Source: a virus
Lineage: Duplodnaviria; Caudoviricetes
Strand: one strand, 5' to 3'
Virus record (IMG/VR): IMGVR_UViG_3300037484_000435
Location: 192,001-256,000 of that record
DNA length: 64,000 bases
Position 1 is the first letter of the stretch. Each line of letters starts with the position of its first letter. The position numbers were made by a program, and so were the translations under genes. The notes beneath the pieces were generated by a model that was given only the letters and a program-made list of their open reading frames with translations, made no database searches and was not told the origin of the DNA. Below, piece by piece: positions 47,924-58,450 of the stretch.

Positions 47924-49555
47924 TTATTCGGTATAATCGTAATAACAACGGTAAATTACAGTTTTCTGTCCTGACTCATCAGCCCCTAGTTGGATAGCAT
48001 TAAATATGTAATCTGATATTAAGGCGTCGAATGGGTCAATTCCTATAGTCTTGGAATCATCCGCCGTAGAAACGACCGTCAAGTTTGAATCGATAGCATA
48101 CAAATAACTCGGTTTAGGAGTTACCAAATCTTGGGTAACTACTTGATTCCACCACTCAACATCATAATCAGTACTCGTGGCTTTCTGGCCGGGTCCCACT
48201 GTGCCCCATCTGAAAGCAGTATTAACACCGTCGTGATAACCCATACCTCCGTTATTAAGTAAGCTGAACTTTACGTTCGTTAATTCGGTGGCCCCACCGT
48301 AAAGGTCAAACCGCATACAGAAAACTCTCGATGAGGTTGTAACCGTAATGTTCCCTAAGTTAACAGATGTTACATCATATCTGTAGGGAATCGGTCCGGG
48401 CATTCTAATTCTGATTGTGTCACCAGGAGCCACATTGTAATCCTGATTAGCAGTCATAAAGATTCCTTTACGCCCTATTCGAAAATAATTACCGAAAGTA
48501 GCGGTAGACTGTTGAGTCCACTGTGTGTCGCCTTTTATTGAACTCCAAATAACTTTACGCATAGCAGAGCCCCACTGATAATCATAGCCCTCTGGAGTAA
48601 CAATACCGCTCGCAGAAATTTGCCATGAGTCGCCAGGATAAGAAAATGGTGCGTTGGAGAATTTAATCCAAAGGCCCTTATTTCCCAAAGGATAGGGATG
48701 ATTAGGATAAAGAAGTTCAATATAACCAGAATCAACACCAGACATAGTGGTATCTCCCCCAGTTCCATACCAAGTCATACGAGGAACGGCGTCTTTTACC
48801 CCATTCATATAAGAAGCAGAACCACTAACAGTTACTTGAATATGGTAAGTTGAACCTTCAGTATAATTATAAACACCACCTAAAGTTACTGTTCCAGGAT
48901 AGGTCCCGCTAGCATGTGTGGTTATTGAGGCAGTACCTTGGCCTTCGCCCGCGTCGGAGTTAACCGCAACAATTGTGTATTCGTCCCAAGACCCAGCAAA
49001 GGAAGTTCCACTGACAGTAATAGAGCCGCTCCAAGTATTAGTTGTTTTATTTCCAGCAGCAATTCCCCCACCATAGAGACGGTCGTTATCCGCTCCATAA
49101 GCAGTAACCCCGTGAGTAAAACCCAATTTACTAGCAGCACTATTGGCAGTATAATCCACAGCAATAGAGGCATTATGCCCGCAGATTCCACTTCGGATTT
49201 CAAAAGCATTATACCACCATAAGCAATACGCCTGTGTCCATATAGGATGGTTTACTGGGTACTCTCGGTGCATTTTATCAGTAATATCACGAGCGATAAC
49301 TCGTGGGTCTAGATTATTTCCACTTGCTAAGGTGAAAGTTTTGGATGTGGCTGTTGTGCCGTCATTCATTGTTATCATTAAATCAGCCTCAGATGATGTT
49401 AATGATATTGGAATGTTAGTAGGTGTGTCCCCTCTTAACGCAGCTGGGGTTCCACGTCCATACATATAATCATGTGTATGACCAGCATTAAGATATGAAG
49501 AGAGGCCGACACCACTAGAATTTGTGTACATTTCTATCCAGCGGGGTAATGCCAT
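47924..49555 (-). CDS. Gly/Ser/Thr-rich beta-structured putative virion protein
   Basis: 543 aa; shares an IAxxIT...FxIxSG...AxxxLGF module with 30243-36713. Confidence 0.65.
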   Translation of the reverse strand: MALPRWIEMYTNSSGVGLSSYLNAGHTHDYMYGRGTPAALRGDTPTNIPISLTSSEADLMITMNDGTTATSKTFTLASGNNLDPRVIARDITDKMHREYPVNHPIWTQAYCLWWYNAFEIRSGICGHNASIAVDYTANSAASKLGFTHGVTAYGADNDRLYGGGIAAGNKTTNTWSGSITVSGTSFAGSWDEYTIVAVNSDAGEGQGTASITTHASGTYPGTVTLGGVYNYTEGSTYHIQVTVSGSASYMNGVKDAVPRMTWYGTGGDTTMSGVDSGYIELLYPNHPYPLGNKGLWIKFSNAPFSYPGDSWQISASGIVTPEGYDYQWGSAMRKVIWSSIKGDTQWTQQSTATFGNYFRIGRKGIFMTANQDYNVAPGDTIRIRMPGPIPYRYDVTSVNLGNITVTTSSRVFCMRFDLYGGATELTNVKFSLLNNGGMGYHDGVNTAFRWGTVGPGQKATSTDYDVEWWNQVVTQDLVTPKPSYLYAIDSNLTVVSTADDSKTIGIDPFDALISDYIFNAIQLGADESGQKTVIYRCYYDYTE

Positions 49556-49584
49556 AGTTTTTGTCCTCCAAAGTAAAAAGGTCT

Positions 49585-49603
49585 CTGCTAGATATACTAG
49601 CAG
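49585..49603 (-). terminator. Intergenic 7-bp hairpin, possible weak terminator or processing site
   Basis: CTGCTAG-N5-CTAGCAG, followed on the minus strand after 5 nt by a U5 tract. Confidence 0.3.
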
Positions 49604-49608
49604 GTTAG

Positions 49609-52600
49609 TTATTCAGGTTGATCCTCGGTTCTAAACGCCCACGTGTAGACTAACTCATTACCATCCAAGTCTTTGCAAGCCACTTCCACCTCGACGTCTT
49701 CACTATATTGCAGATACTGGCTCTGTGCCAATATTCCAACTTTTAAGTCTTCCTTAGGTATGGGCTTGGGTTTTATGTAGACTGGAAGGTCGCAAGTATA
49801 CCCAGGAGAAGACCAAAGCATATAAGACTTACTGCTTCGGGATGGTGCGAAATCATAGGTCTTCACACTAACAAAGATAGGAAACTTGGTGTTAAATTCA
49901 AATGGTGGTATTTGATTAGGAACCGCTTGGTGCCACCAGTTTAATTGCCACCCATAAAAAAGAATATATTCTTCACGGTTATAAACGTCACACGTAGGGT
50001 CATTATTGTGGGATTCCACAGTCAAGTGTACAGCCCTATTACCTATCCAATCCCAGTGGTTCCCTGGGTCCCAGTGCATCCTATGGAAATAAACATCTTC
50101 CCCAGAAGCTGTGACTCCAGTCCACGTCGTAAACCAAGCACCAGAACAAGTAAAGTTATTTACCCCATCTGTCCAAGTTATGGAGCATTCGTCCTCTACA
50201 ATATCAGTAACAGGATAATTCGAGTCAAACAGGTCTACCCAAAAATGGACACCCCTCGCCTCCATTTCATCCACACGCATAGAGTGACCAGTATGCATAA
50301 ACACATCATCGTAACGAATATTATCATTAGGTATAAAATCAAAATAATATTGCCCACTAAAAGTGTTGGGGAATTTATCATCAAATCGAGATAAGAAACC
50401 AATACTATCAGTACCTGTAATAGTAATGGTCATCCGACTTCCAAAGTAACCAATCTCCGTTGCTTCAGGAACATAGTAAGTAAACCTGCGGCCCCACGCT
50501 CCGCTCCCACTATACACGGTACCAGGCGGATATAATATCCTGTTGATACCCGCTGTGTAATCTATACCAGAAGCAGACAGCTGAATGTTTTCCCACTCTC
50601 CCGCAACTTTACCTAAATCGTCATACACCAAAGTTCCTCGGTCATCGAACCATTCGGTCATATTGTTACCACCTGACCATACGGTAATGTCATTCATCTT
50701 GATTAAGACTTCAGTCCACTTAACCCCAGAGTAATCATCTAATATTTCAAACTCAATACCTGAAGAGGGGCAAATTAATTGGTCATAAGGCAGCGGGGCT
50801 TTGGGTATAATAACCGGAGACTCTGTATCGAGCCCTACATCCACATTCACAGTAAGGTCATGTTGACCAACTACATTAAAGCTGATTATTTGGTCTAGCA
50901 TGTTAGAATAAATTAAGGTATTATTCCACGGGGCCTCTTTCTGGAAGAACATCGAATCCAAGGAACCAGAAAAGGTTGATCCACCTATGTATATACTGGT
51001 TCCAGTAGAAGTTGTTAATGGAGTAGAACCCGTAAAAACCGAGGAAAAAGACTTTGTACCATTCATATAAGTGGCTATCCAGCCATCTTTTTTAGTAATA
51101 CCTAAGTGGTTCCAACCAGCAGAAACATTAAAAGGACCACTCCTGCCAAGCAGCGTATCTCCTAGGGAAGCATTTAAATAGCTCCCTGAAAGTGATGTCA
51201 ATAAACCGAATCCCGAGGGCGGAACAAAAGATAATATGTTTCCGTCAATATACGGAGAATAGAGCCACGTATGAAATGTCCAATCACAGGTCGAGAGGTC
51301 TTGTGGCAAATTCTCTGTGAATAGTTGGCTTCCTTGGCTGAAGTTGATACTACCAGTACCATAATATTTATTTGCTGTAGATACCCTTAAACGATTAGCA
51401 TAAATATCTTGTAATTCCTCCACAAGTTCCATACTGACCACACCTATATAAATGCTATTATGGCTCGCAGTAATGTACCATCTGTAATAACGATAAGGCA
51501 TCGGGGGTGTAAAAGTGTACCATTCGCTCCAAGCCCCACCTGAAACATACACAGAACTAGAAACCGTATGCACCGTGGTCCACGTAGACCCGTCATTGCT
51601 ACCTTGAAATACCCAAGTTCTAGGCCAATCTGCATACTGAGTTCGGCTTTGTATTCGGTACTTATTAATATATTTGAAATTATTATACCCAAAATCTATG
51701 ACTGTGTAATAAGGAAAGCTGGTATTATTGTACCAAAGTGTCGTGCTGTTCTTATCGAATAGTTGCCAAGAGGGGTTACCCGCTAAATATACGTTTTCTG
51801 TTACCCTTACTCCCGATGTAGTAATGCCAGACATCGTAGGGACACAACTAACCGTTGAGCTGTTAAGGGACCCATTTTGCATCGATACAGCCCTACTAAA
51901 AACTCTATAAGCATGGGGAGATTCATCAAGAGTGTAATAACCGGACGCAGTTGCTCCTACGTTGCTGTCTATCAGAAGGCTTTCTGGACCAGATACAGGT
52001 ACATATAGAAGAACTCCAGAACTTAACGTATAAGATATTTTGAAACTCGGGGCGTCTTGAGCTTGAAATCTTAAATAGACTTGTTCTCCTGGTTGAAATC
52101 CTGATTTCAGGGCGTACTTAAACTGTGAAGTGTAGTCGGTTAATTTATCGTAATAAGCAATCCCAGAATTTTTCTCAGAGTTCAGGGCAGATACCCCATC
52201 ATAAAGCAACTCCCAAGTATCACCCCCGCTCGTCGTTGCTATACCACTAGGAGTATAATACCTAAAGTAATCAAAGTATGAATCTATCCAACCATCAATA
52301 TTCTTTACAGGAACCGCGGCATTGGTGCCTGACAGCACGGTCCCTTCTATATAGAAGTCGCGAAGCCCTAAGTCAGTAGGCATTGTATACAGACTATCTA
52401 CGTAACGATAGTACCGGTAATAATTAGGGCTAACTACATTAAAATAGAGAGTGTATGAATTTCCATACCGTGGTTGATACATTCGTGTGTCAACCGTTTC
52501 CCAAAAAATATAATCATCTGAGCCTTGCAACATAAAGTGAACAGGCCCCTGATACACATCGTTACTAAAACCATGTCCACCCGTCCAATACCCGTATCTT

Positions 52601-55600
52601 TGTATCCGCATTTTATTGCCCGAACCACAATCTATGCTAAACCACCCAGGATAGTCATTATAAAGGGCTTGAGGTGCTGCACTATTAAATCGATGAGGTA
52701 GATAATAACGAGAACCTGTATCAGAATCAAATAACCGAAAAACATTAGGGTCTATACTAGACCAAGGTGTATATGTAGTCCACGGAGACGGGGCCGCATT
52801 AGAGGTCATATAAGCTGGTTTTCGATTCCACACAGAGTCAAGGTCTAGCGTTTCCTGCAGAGTTATTAATCCAACGTTCACAATCCCTGTGGCTAGTGAA
52901 TTTCCGTGGTATCTATCCCCATCCCACTGCACTTTTCTTAATCTGGCAGATGTTCCCCAACTAAATATAGTATCAGTGCTGGTATAGTATGACAACATCG
53001 CCCCTTTCAGGGTAGTCAATCTGTAGTATTGGTAGGGTTGGGGGTTATCAATGTAAAAGTAAGTTCCAGCAGAACCAGAACCGGGGTCCAAGACCAATCC
53101 CCTATAGTCAATGGTATTCCACGTTTGGTCATCAATGCTAGCATCCAAACTTATTTGACAAGGGAATGACCGAACCATGTAATCCGAGTCCAGAGAAGCA
53201 ACTAGACGATAACGAGTCATAATTTCAGGCTGAGCAGATTTCCATTTTATCCAATGGCTAAGCCCGACCCCGCTTGCAGATTGCCAACCAGTCGATCCCA
53301 AATAGGATGCTTTCCAAGGTTCCCAGCTCGACTGATTGCTCGAAGATGTCCACGCATGACCACTAGTAGTTGTCCCAGACATGGTAATGTTTAGTTCCAC
53401 AGGAGTGCTTTGAATATTAACCCCAGACCAAGTAGTACCATCTAATGACCAGTAAGCCCTGTAATAAGGCATAGTTGGTTTTCGTTGTACCTTTAACCAA
53501 ACCCAATTTCCCTCAGTAAATCCGATTCCGCTGTAGGTAGTCTGGCTTAAAAAATCCAGCTTCGTATGGTCCCGCGCACAAATTCCAGAAGCATTAGCAA
53601 GAACCTGAATATATTGGGAACTATCACTTTGGTCAAATACTATCAGACCTGAACTTTGGGAGCTACGGGGCCCATTACCGAATATCTTGACTTTTGTGGA
53701 AATCTCCCAATCATCTTGTGTAATCCCGGGCCAGTACATTAGTGGGGCAGATTGTTGTGTGGAATCCCAAATGCCGCTTGACGTCGTTACCTGCAGTGTG
53801 TTTGTACCATCTACATTACAAGATGGATTACAGTGGAAAGAACCTATCCTCATGGTCTCAAGTGAGATATCTAGACCCGAAGTAGTTAAAGTTTGATGCA
53901 CCCCCGATAGAGTAGCAGAGAAGTCAAGGTCCACCGTACTAGTAAACCCCTTGTTAATCTTGAACGCAGAGCTATTGTTAAGATTTTTAATAGACCATTG
54001 AACTGGTATAGAGGGTGTGGTTGATGTTTTTAAATCAGCCTCATAAAAACTAAAATTGTCCATATATACATAGGAATTGTAACCCATATCCCGCCGTTTT
54101 ATCCACAGACGAGAATCACTACTTCTAAACAAGCTTCCATAATCACGTAAAGTGTAAATCAGAGCATTCGAAGCTGTCCAATCTAGGTCAGCATCTACCA
54201 TACGAGTATTATTCGCAGGGGACTCTGTGTATATCTGCGGGGATTGAAAATCGTAAGTTTGTTCTCGGAATTCCGCGGTTAACGTGTTGGTGGGTATCAA
54301 CAAATTATAGGATTCTAAAGACATTGTCCTAGGTATCTGTATTTCCCATAAATCAAATCTATTTGCCCCTAGGGCATATACCGAGATTTGTTCCATCACC
54401 AAGCATTGGCACCTACTATCCGTTCCAGTAGCGGCGGTCATACATCCAAAACAGCCCATTTGATTAGCCAGCCAACCACTGGAACACCTAGCAATATTCA
54501 CTACAACAGGGTTAATCTCCCACGCAACTACAGATAAATCTCTCTGTATTCGGTAACTTATGCTCTGGAATTTTATTTCTAGTGAGCTCGGGCTAGCACA
54601 TTGGTACTGCCCATAATAATAGAAGGCTAAGTCCTTCTGAATACTGCGGGAAGCGATAGAACCAGAAATACTAATCAGGTCCTCATAAACATTTACATTA
54701 GAAGACTTGTAACCTTCTGTACATAACCATTGTACTTGTGAAACCTTATTTATTAATTTTAGACTTTCTTCCGCCGTCAACCACCGTGACCAATGAGAGA
54801 CTTCATCCAAAACAAATGCCCCACTAGTCGTAGGCGGTAAACCGTTATCAAAATAACTAACACCACTGCTAGTTAAAAAAGTAGACCCGATAGTGTTACC
54901 AGACCCTACCGTTAAGCCCCTTTCTTGTTGTGCATTTACCCACCAACAGTAATCCCCGTTTGACTTAACCCCAGCTTGCAGGAGATACCAAGTATTGGAA
55001 TCCCAGTCATGCGTAGCCGTTCCATAAGCCAATCCGTCTCGTTTGGTCTCCAACCATATTCTCCCGTCGTCACGTGGGCCGACCGCACCAGACACACCAG
55101 TTTCATTATAGGAAACAACAAATCTACCAGGCTCCTCCAAGTCACCTAACTCTGGGGGCTTCTTACCTTTGGTGAAGGCAACATAGTCGAATTGTACTTC
55201 AGGAGAAGCCCCTAAGGTATTACGACTTTGTAAACCAAAAGCCATATTACTCCCCCACAAAGATACATCCACTTCATAGATGGTATCTTGCCAACCAGCA
55301 GTAGAGGGGTCCCAAAACTTAAACTTAATTAAGTTATCTTTTTTTAACATCCTAAGTTTGTAATCGGTTGCGGTGGTAGGACCAGTAATATCCTCACGAG
55401 CTGTATAGGAGAACGTGCTAGTTTGAACAAGAACATCAAGATTGCCGGGCTCATAAACAGAGGAGGCCAATTCTATCTCTCCTATCCAAACATAAGTATT
55501 AGAGGAAACAGCAGTAGTTTTTAATCTGTAATGGGTATAATTTCCCGGTGTATCTATATCAAACCAAGCCGTCCACGTCCCAGTTCCTGGGCGGGAAATA

Positions 55601-57228
55601 CCTACTTGAAAATCGACCTGCGCCCAATGAGACTCATTACTTATACTGGGACTGGAAACTGTGTTACCGTAGAGAGTGAAATCTTTGGGAAATCCACTGG
55701 TATCAGTAGTATTGGGGCTTCTTAATCGATACCTAGTTATGTTATAAGCAGAAGAGCCAAACCCATAAACAATAGATTGTGGTAATCCACTAGCGGTTAA
55801 TGAGCACCAACCATAGGCGTCATTCACATGATCGAAAGCCTTATACGCTGGGTAACCCACATTATATATAGTGGTGGCTTCGACCGTGAAAGGGCTCGGG
55901 GCAGTATTAGAAGTCATCGCTACGGTCTGGTCCGTATCCGCTGAGGCCCCACCAGTATTTTTAAATTGAATTGAGGCGTAATTTAGGTAGGAACTAAGGT
56001 TGAAAAATATAATTCCCGCTGCCTGACCATCCGAGAGGGTACTCAAACGAAATTTAGTCTCAATCTCCCAATCGGTATTTTTAGGTATTTTGAAATAAAG
56101 AGTAGAAGCCGTCCATGTACCCCCAAACCAGTTAGTACTGGGGTTACCCTTTAACCTGAGGTTAGTTACATCGCTTGGAAGGGAATACACCACCTTAATG
56201 GCCCCATTAATAGTAGCACTAGACAACAATTGGTTAGTCCCTGTTACATTACCAGCCGCGTAATACGCGGTCCCAGTGGTTATCCCGTTTGTCATATTTG
56301 CTGTGATGTAAAGTCCCAAATAGTAGGTATCGGACGTAGGAACGACATAAGGAGTAGACAAAGTAAAAGTTTGTGCTCCTCCCCCCGCATGAGAGAAGGT
56401 TTCTATATTAACAATATCGTATCTATTGGAACCTAAACTTTTACAACTCTTCCATGTTATGGTTGTTGCAGTAGTGGAATAAGCAGTGATAGTTAAGATG
56501 GTGGAACCAGGAACTAAAGAATAGGCTAACTCAACTATGGTATTATTTCCACCCCAATAAGAACTACCAGCAGAGGAGGTCCCTAAGAATAACGGATCCG
56601 AGGCCTTACATATTTGTGTATTGTTGAGTAAGTACCAACCCTTATACGGAGAATAGGCAGTATAATCCCAATAGGTTGCAAAATTATCACCGCAAAACGG
56701 GTCGGAAGATAGAATTCTAAAACTTTGGCTATTACCAGAAGTTAATGTATTTGATGGTTTAAACCAAAAGGCACACATATATTCCGTAAGCCCAGACGGC
56801 ATCGTGGGAACATGAACATAACCATTGGGGCCCTCAGCTACAGCACACCCATACCCACGCTTAGCAAGTGCTGGAACTGTACCATGGTTGATCGCGTAGT
56901 AATTATTGTTGGACCAATCATCAAAGTAATCCCCCGTCTCAGCAAACGTGTGCCAAGCTATAAGATCGCCCTTTAAATCCAGAGGACTTAATCCAATAGC
57001 CTCTCCTACATCTTGTGTATAGACCATAAGATTGCTATCAACATAATTACCATCACACAGCGAGTAAATCCCGCTAGGCAGAATTATATCAGCACATACA
57101 TATGAACCACTCAGGGAGGGTAAAATATAAGAGTATGAGTAGTTTACATAGTGACTCCCAGAAACGAGAGTAGTACCTGATAAGGTGGTACCAGATGCTG
57201 TTATAACTCCGCTTACGGTCAAACTCAT
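49609..57228 (-). CDS. 2539-aa multi-lectin adhesin/tail-fibre-like protein (LamG, ConA-like, four F5/8C discoidin-like domains, C-terminal Ig-like)
   Basis: MTSNTAPSP..AYKAFD, WPRTWVFQGSNDGSTWTTV..YRYYRWYIT (F5/8C); WNHLGITKKDG..YMNG..FSGSLD (LamG); ESPVII..IEFEILDDYSG (Ig-like). Confidence 0.75.
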   Translation of the reverse strand: MSLTVSGVITASGTTLSGTTLVSGSHYVNYSYSYILPSLSGSYVCADIILPSGIYSLCDGNYVDSNLMVYTQDVGEAIGLSPLDLKGDLIAWHTFAETGDYFDDWSNNNYYAINHGTVPALAKRGYGCAVAEGPNGYVHVPTMPSGLTEYMCAFWFKPSNTLTSGNSQSFRILSSDPFCGDNFATYWDYTAYSPYKGWYLLNNTQICKASDPLFLGTSSAGSSYWGGNNTIVELAYSLVPGSTILTITAYSTTATTITWKSCKSLGSNRYDIVNIETFSHAGGGAQTFTLSTPYVVPTSDTYYLGLYITANMTNGITTGTAYYAAGNVTGTNQLLSSATINGAIKVVYSLPSDVTNLRLKGNPSTNWFGGTWTASTLYFKIPKNTDWEIETKFRLSTLSDGQAAGIIFFNLSSYLNYASIQFKNTGGASADTDQTVAMTSNTAPSPFTVEATTIYNVGYPAYKAFDHVNDAYGWCSLTASGLPQSIVYGFGSSAYNITRYRLRSPNTTDTSGFPKDFTLYGNTVSSPSISNESHWAQVDFQVGISRPGTGTWTAWFDIDTPGNYTHYRLKTTAVSSNTYVWIGEIELASSVYEPGNLDVLVQTSTFSYTAREDITGPTTATDYKLRMLKKDNLIKFKFWDPSTAGWQDTIYEVDVSLWGSNMAFGLQSRNTLGASPEVQFDYVAFTKGKKPPELGDLEEPGRFVVSYNETGVSGAVGPRDDGRIWLETKRDGLAYGTATHDWDSNTWYLLQAGVKSNGDYCWWVNAQQERGLTVGSGNTIGSTFLTSSGVSYFDNGLPPTTSGAFVLDEVSHWSRWLTAEESLKLINKVSQVQWLCTEGYKSSNVNVYEDLISISGSIASRSIQKDLAFYYYGQYQCASPSSLEIKFQSISYRIQRDLSVVAWEINPVVVNIARCSSGWLANQMGCFGCMTAATGTDSRCQCLVMEQISVYALGANRFDLWEIQIPRTMSLESYNLLIPTNTLTAEFREQTYDFQSPQIYTESPANNTRMVDADLDWTASNALIYTLRDYGSLFRSSDSRLWIKRRDMGYNSYVYMDNFSFYEADLKTSTTPSIPVQWSIKNLNNSSAFKINKGFTSTVDLDFSATLSGVHQTLTTSGLDISLETMRIGSFHCNPSCNVDGTNTLQVTTSSGIWDSTQQSAPLMYWPGITQDDWEISTKVKIFGNGPRSSQSSGLIVFDQSDSSQYIQVLANASGICARDHTKLDFLSQTTYSGIGFTEGNWVWLKVQRKPTMPYYRAYWSLDGTTWSGVNIQSTPVELNITMSGTTTSGHAWTSSSNQSSWEPWKASYLGSTGWQSASGVGLSHWIKWKSAQPEIMTRYRLVASLDSDYMVRSFPCQISLDASIDDQTWNTIDYRGLVLDPGSGSAGTYFYIDNPQPYQYYRLTTLKGAMLSYYTSTDTIFSWGTSARLRKVQWDGDRYHGNSLATGIVNVGLITLQETLDLDSVWNRKPAYMTSNAAPSPWTTYTPWSSIDPNVFRLFDSDTGSRYYLPHRFNSAAPQALYNDYPGWFSIDCGSGNKMRIQRYGYWTGGHGFSNDVYQGPVHFMLQGSDDYIFWETVDTRMYQPRYGNSYTLYFNVVSPNYYRYYRYVDSLYTMPTDLGLRDFYIEGTVLSGTNAAVPVKNIDGWIDSYFDYFRYYTPSGIATTSGGDTWELLYDGVSALNSEKNSGIAYYDKLTDYTSQFKYALKSGFQPGEQVYLRFQAQDAPSFKISYTLSSGVLLYVPVSGPESLLIDSNVGATASGYYTLDESPHAYRVFSRAVSMQNGSLNSSTVSCVPTMSGITTSGVRVTENVYLAGNPSWQLFDKNSTTLWYNNTSFPYYTVIDFGYNNFKYINKYRIQSRTQYADWPRTWVFQGSNDGSTWTTVHTVSSSVYVSGGAWSEWYTFTPPMPYRYYRWYITASHNSIYIGVVSMELVEELQDIYANRLRVSTANKYYGTGSINFSQGSQLFTENLPQDLSTCDWTFHTWLYSPYIDGNILSFVPPSGFGLLTSLSGSYLNASLGDTLLGRSGPFNVSAGWNHLGITKKDGWIATYMNGTKSFSSVFTGSTPLTTSTGTSIYIGGSTFSGSLDSMFFQKEAPWNNTLIYSNMLDQIISFNVVGQHDLTVNVDVGLDTESPVIIPKAPLPYDQLICPSSGIEFEILDDYSGVKWTEVLIKMNDITVWSGGNNMTEWFDDRGTLVYDDLGKVAGEWENIQLSASGIDYTAGINRILYPPGTVYSGSGAWGRRFTYYVPEATEIGYFGSRMTITITGTDSIGFLSRFDDKFPNTFSGQYYFDFIPNDNIRYDDVFMHTGHSMRVDEMEARGVHFWVDLFDSNYPVTDIVEDECSITWTDGVNNFTCSGAWFTTWTGVTASGEDVYFHRMHWDPGNHWDWIGNRAVHLTVESHNNDPTCDVYNREEYILFYGWQLNWWHQAVPNQIPPFEFNTKFPIFVSVKTYDFAPSRSSKSYMLWSSPGYTCDLPVYIKPKPIPKEDLKVGILAQSQYLQYSEDVEVEVACKDLDGNELVYTWAFRTEDQPE

Positions 57229-57230
57229 TA

Positions 57231-58433
57231 TTAAATCTCATTCACAACTACGGCCACATTACTGATACCAACATTAGCTCCTGTCGTAAATACTGTTTGG
57301 GCTGTTCCAGTTTCATCAGTATAATCCCAAGTTGGATTAACTCCGCCGTCACCACTTGACACCCAGAACTGAACCAATTTACCTGATAAAGTAGTGCCCC
57401 AGCAATTAGCAACAACCGCTATAATGTCTGCTTGGGCCCCAATACCTGCGGGCATAACTGTATCTGAGGAGTTCACGTTCAAAAAAGCAGCCAAACTATC
57501 ATCAATATTGAACACACCTAAGTAGGCTGTTGCATTGTTTGCCCTGTATTCTGTAGTTATACCGCTTGCACTATTAACACCAGTCACTGTTGCTGAAGTA
57601 TAAGAATAGGGTTTGATAATATGTAGAGAATCATAATCCAGTTGATTGAGGAATAGGGGTTCCCTACAATAGGCGTAATCAGGTACATTTAGCATCGACC
57701 ACCGGTCAGAAACATAAGCCATAGTTGAAGCATCTATTGATCGAAGGTACAGTGCGTCAAGTGACGTGTCATACCAACTATATAAGAGGTAACCAGAGCC
57801 AGTTACTCCCGGCTGGAATGCTAAATTCCTACATCCAACACCGTTACCATAATGAAAAGAATTTGTAGTTTTTGGGACCGACGAACTCACAGAGGCCCAA
57901 GCACCCGTTAGACCTTCTCTAAACTTGTAGAGATTAGAACCAACCTTTACAAATATATCAGTATCGGTCGCAGCTATTCCTACATACCCACTAGTTACTG
58001 CCGTGTACCAATTGGCCCATTGCCCGTCGGCATCAAAACCAGAAATCAACAATTCGGGGTTAGCCCCGTCTGGCCCACACTTATATATGTTGTAGGTATT
58101 TCCAGATACTAAACTCGCATCCATGGTAATGTAGGCAAACTTCTGTTCGTCGTCAATCCACGTGATGTCAAGAATATTCTTATAAGGAATACCACCCGAG
58201 CCAATTGTAAACTGAGCAGCTTCGGTACCATCCATATTCCAATACTTGATTGAGGCTGTAGGAGTTCCCCCCGCAGACCCATCTCTGTGTTGAACACGAA
58301 TTATTTGTTGTTTATTGTGTATGACCCTGTGTGAATAGTAAAAGTAACCAGACCCAGTGGTTCCAATCATCCCTGAATAGAACCCTGGAAAGTTCTTCTG
58401 TAGGTCATAATAATTAATTCTTCCTACCTGCAT
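57231..58433 (-). CDS. Putative virion protein with C-terminal Big-1 (invasin-type) Ig domain
   Basis: IIAVVANCWGTTLSGKLVQFWV...YTDETGTAQTVFTTG. Confidence 0.7.
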   Translation of the reverse strand: MQVGRINYYDLQKNFPGFYSGMIGTTGSGYFYYSHRVIHNKQQIIRVQHRDGSAGGTPTASIKYWNMDGTEAAQFTIGSGGIPYKNILDITWIDDEQKFAYITMDASLVSGNTYNIYKCGPDGANPELLISGFDADGQWANWYTAVTSGYVGIAATDTDIFVKVGSNLYKFREGLTGAWASVSSSVPKTTNSFHYGNGVGCRNLAFQPGVTGSGYLLYSWYDTSLDALYLRSIDASTMAYVSDRWSMLNVPDYAYCREPLFLNQLDYDSLHIIKPYSYTSATVTGVNSASGITTEYRANNATAYLGVFNIDDSLAAFLNVNSSDTVMPAGIGAQADIIAVVANCWGTTLSGKLVQFWVSSGDGGVNPTWDYTDETGTAQTVFTTGANVGISNVAVVVNEI

Positions 58434-58450
58434 AATATTTAACCCTCCTC

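Noticed and set aside
49609-57228. Diversity-generating retroelement target in the lectin-rich adhesin
   Set aside because: No reverse transcriptase, no TR/VR pair differing at adenines, and the C-terminus is Ig-like rather than C-type lectin
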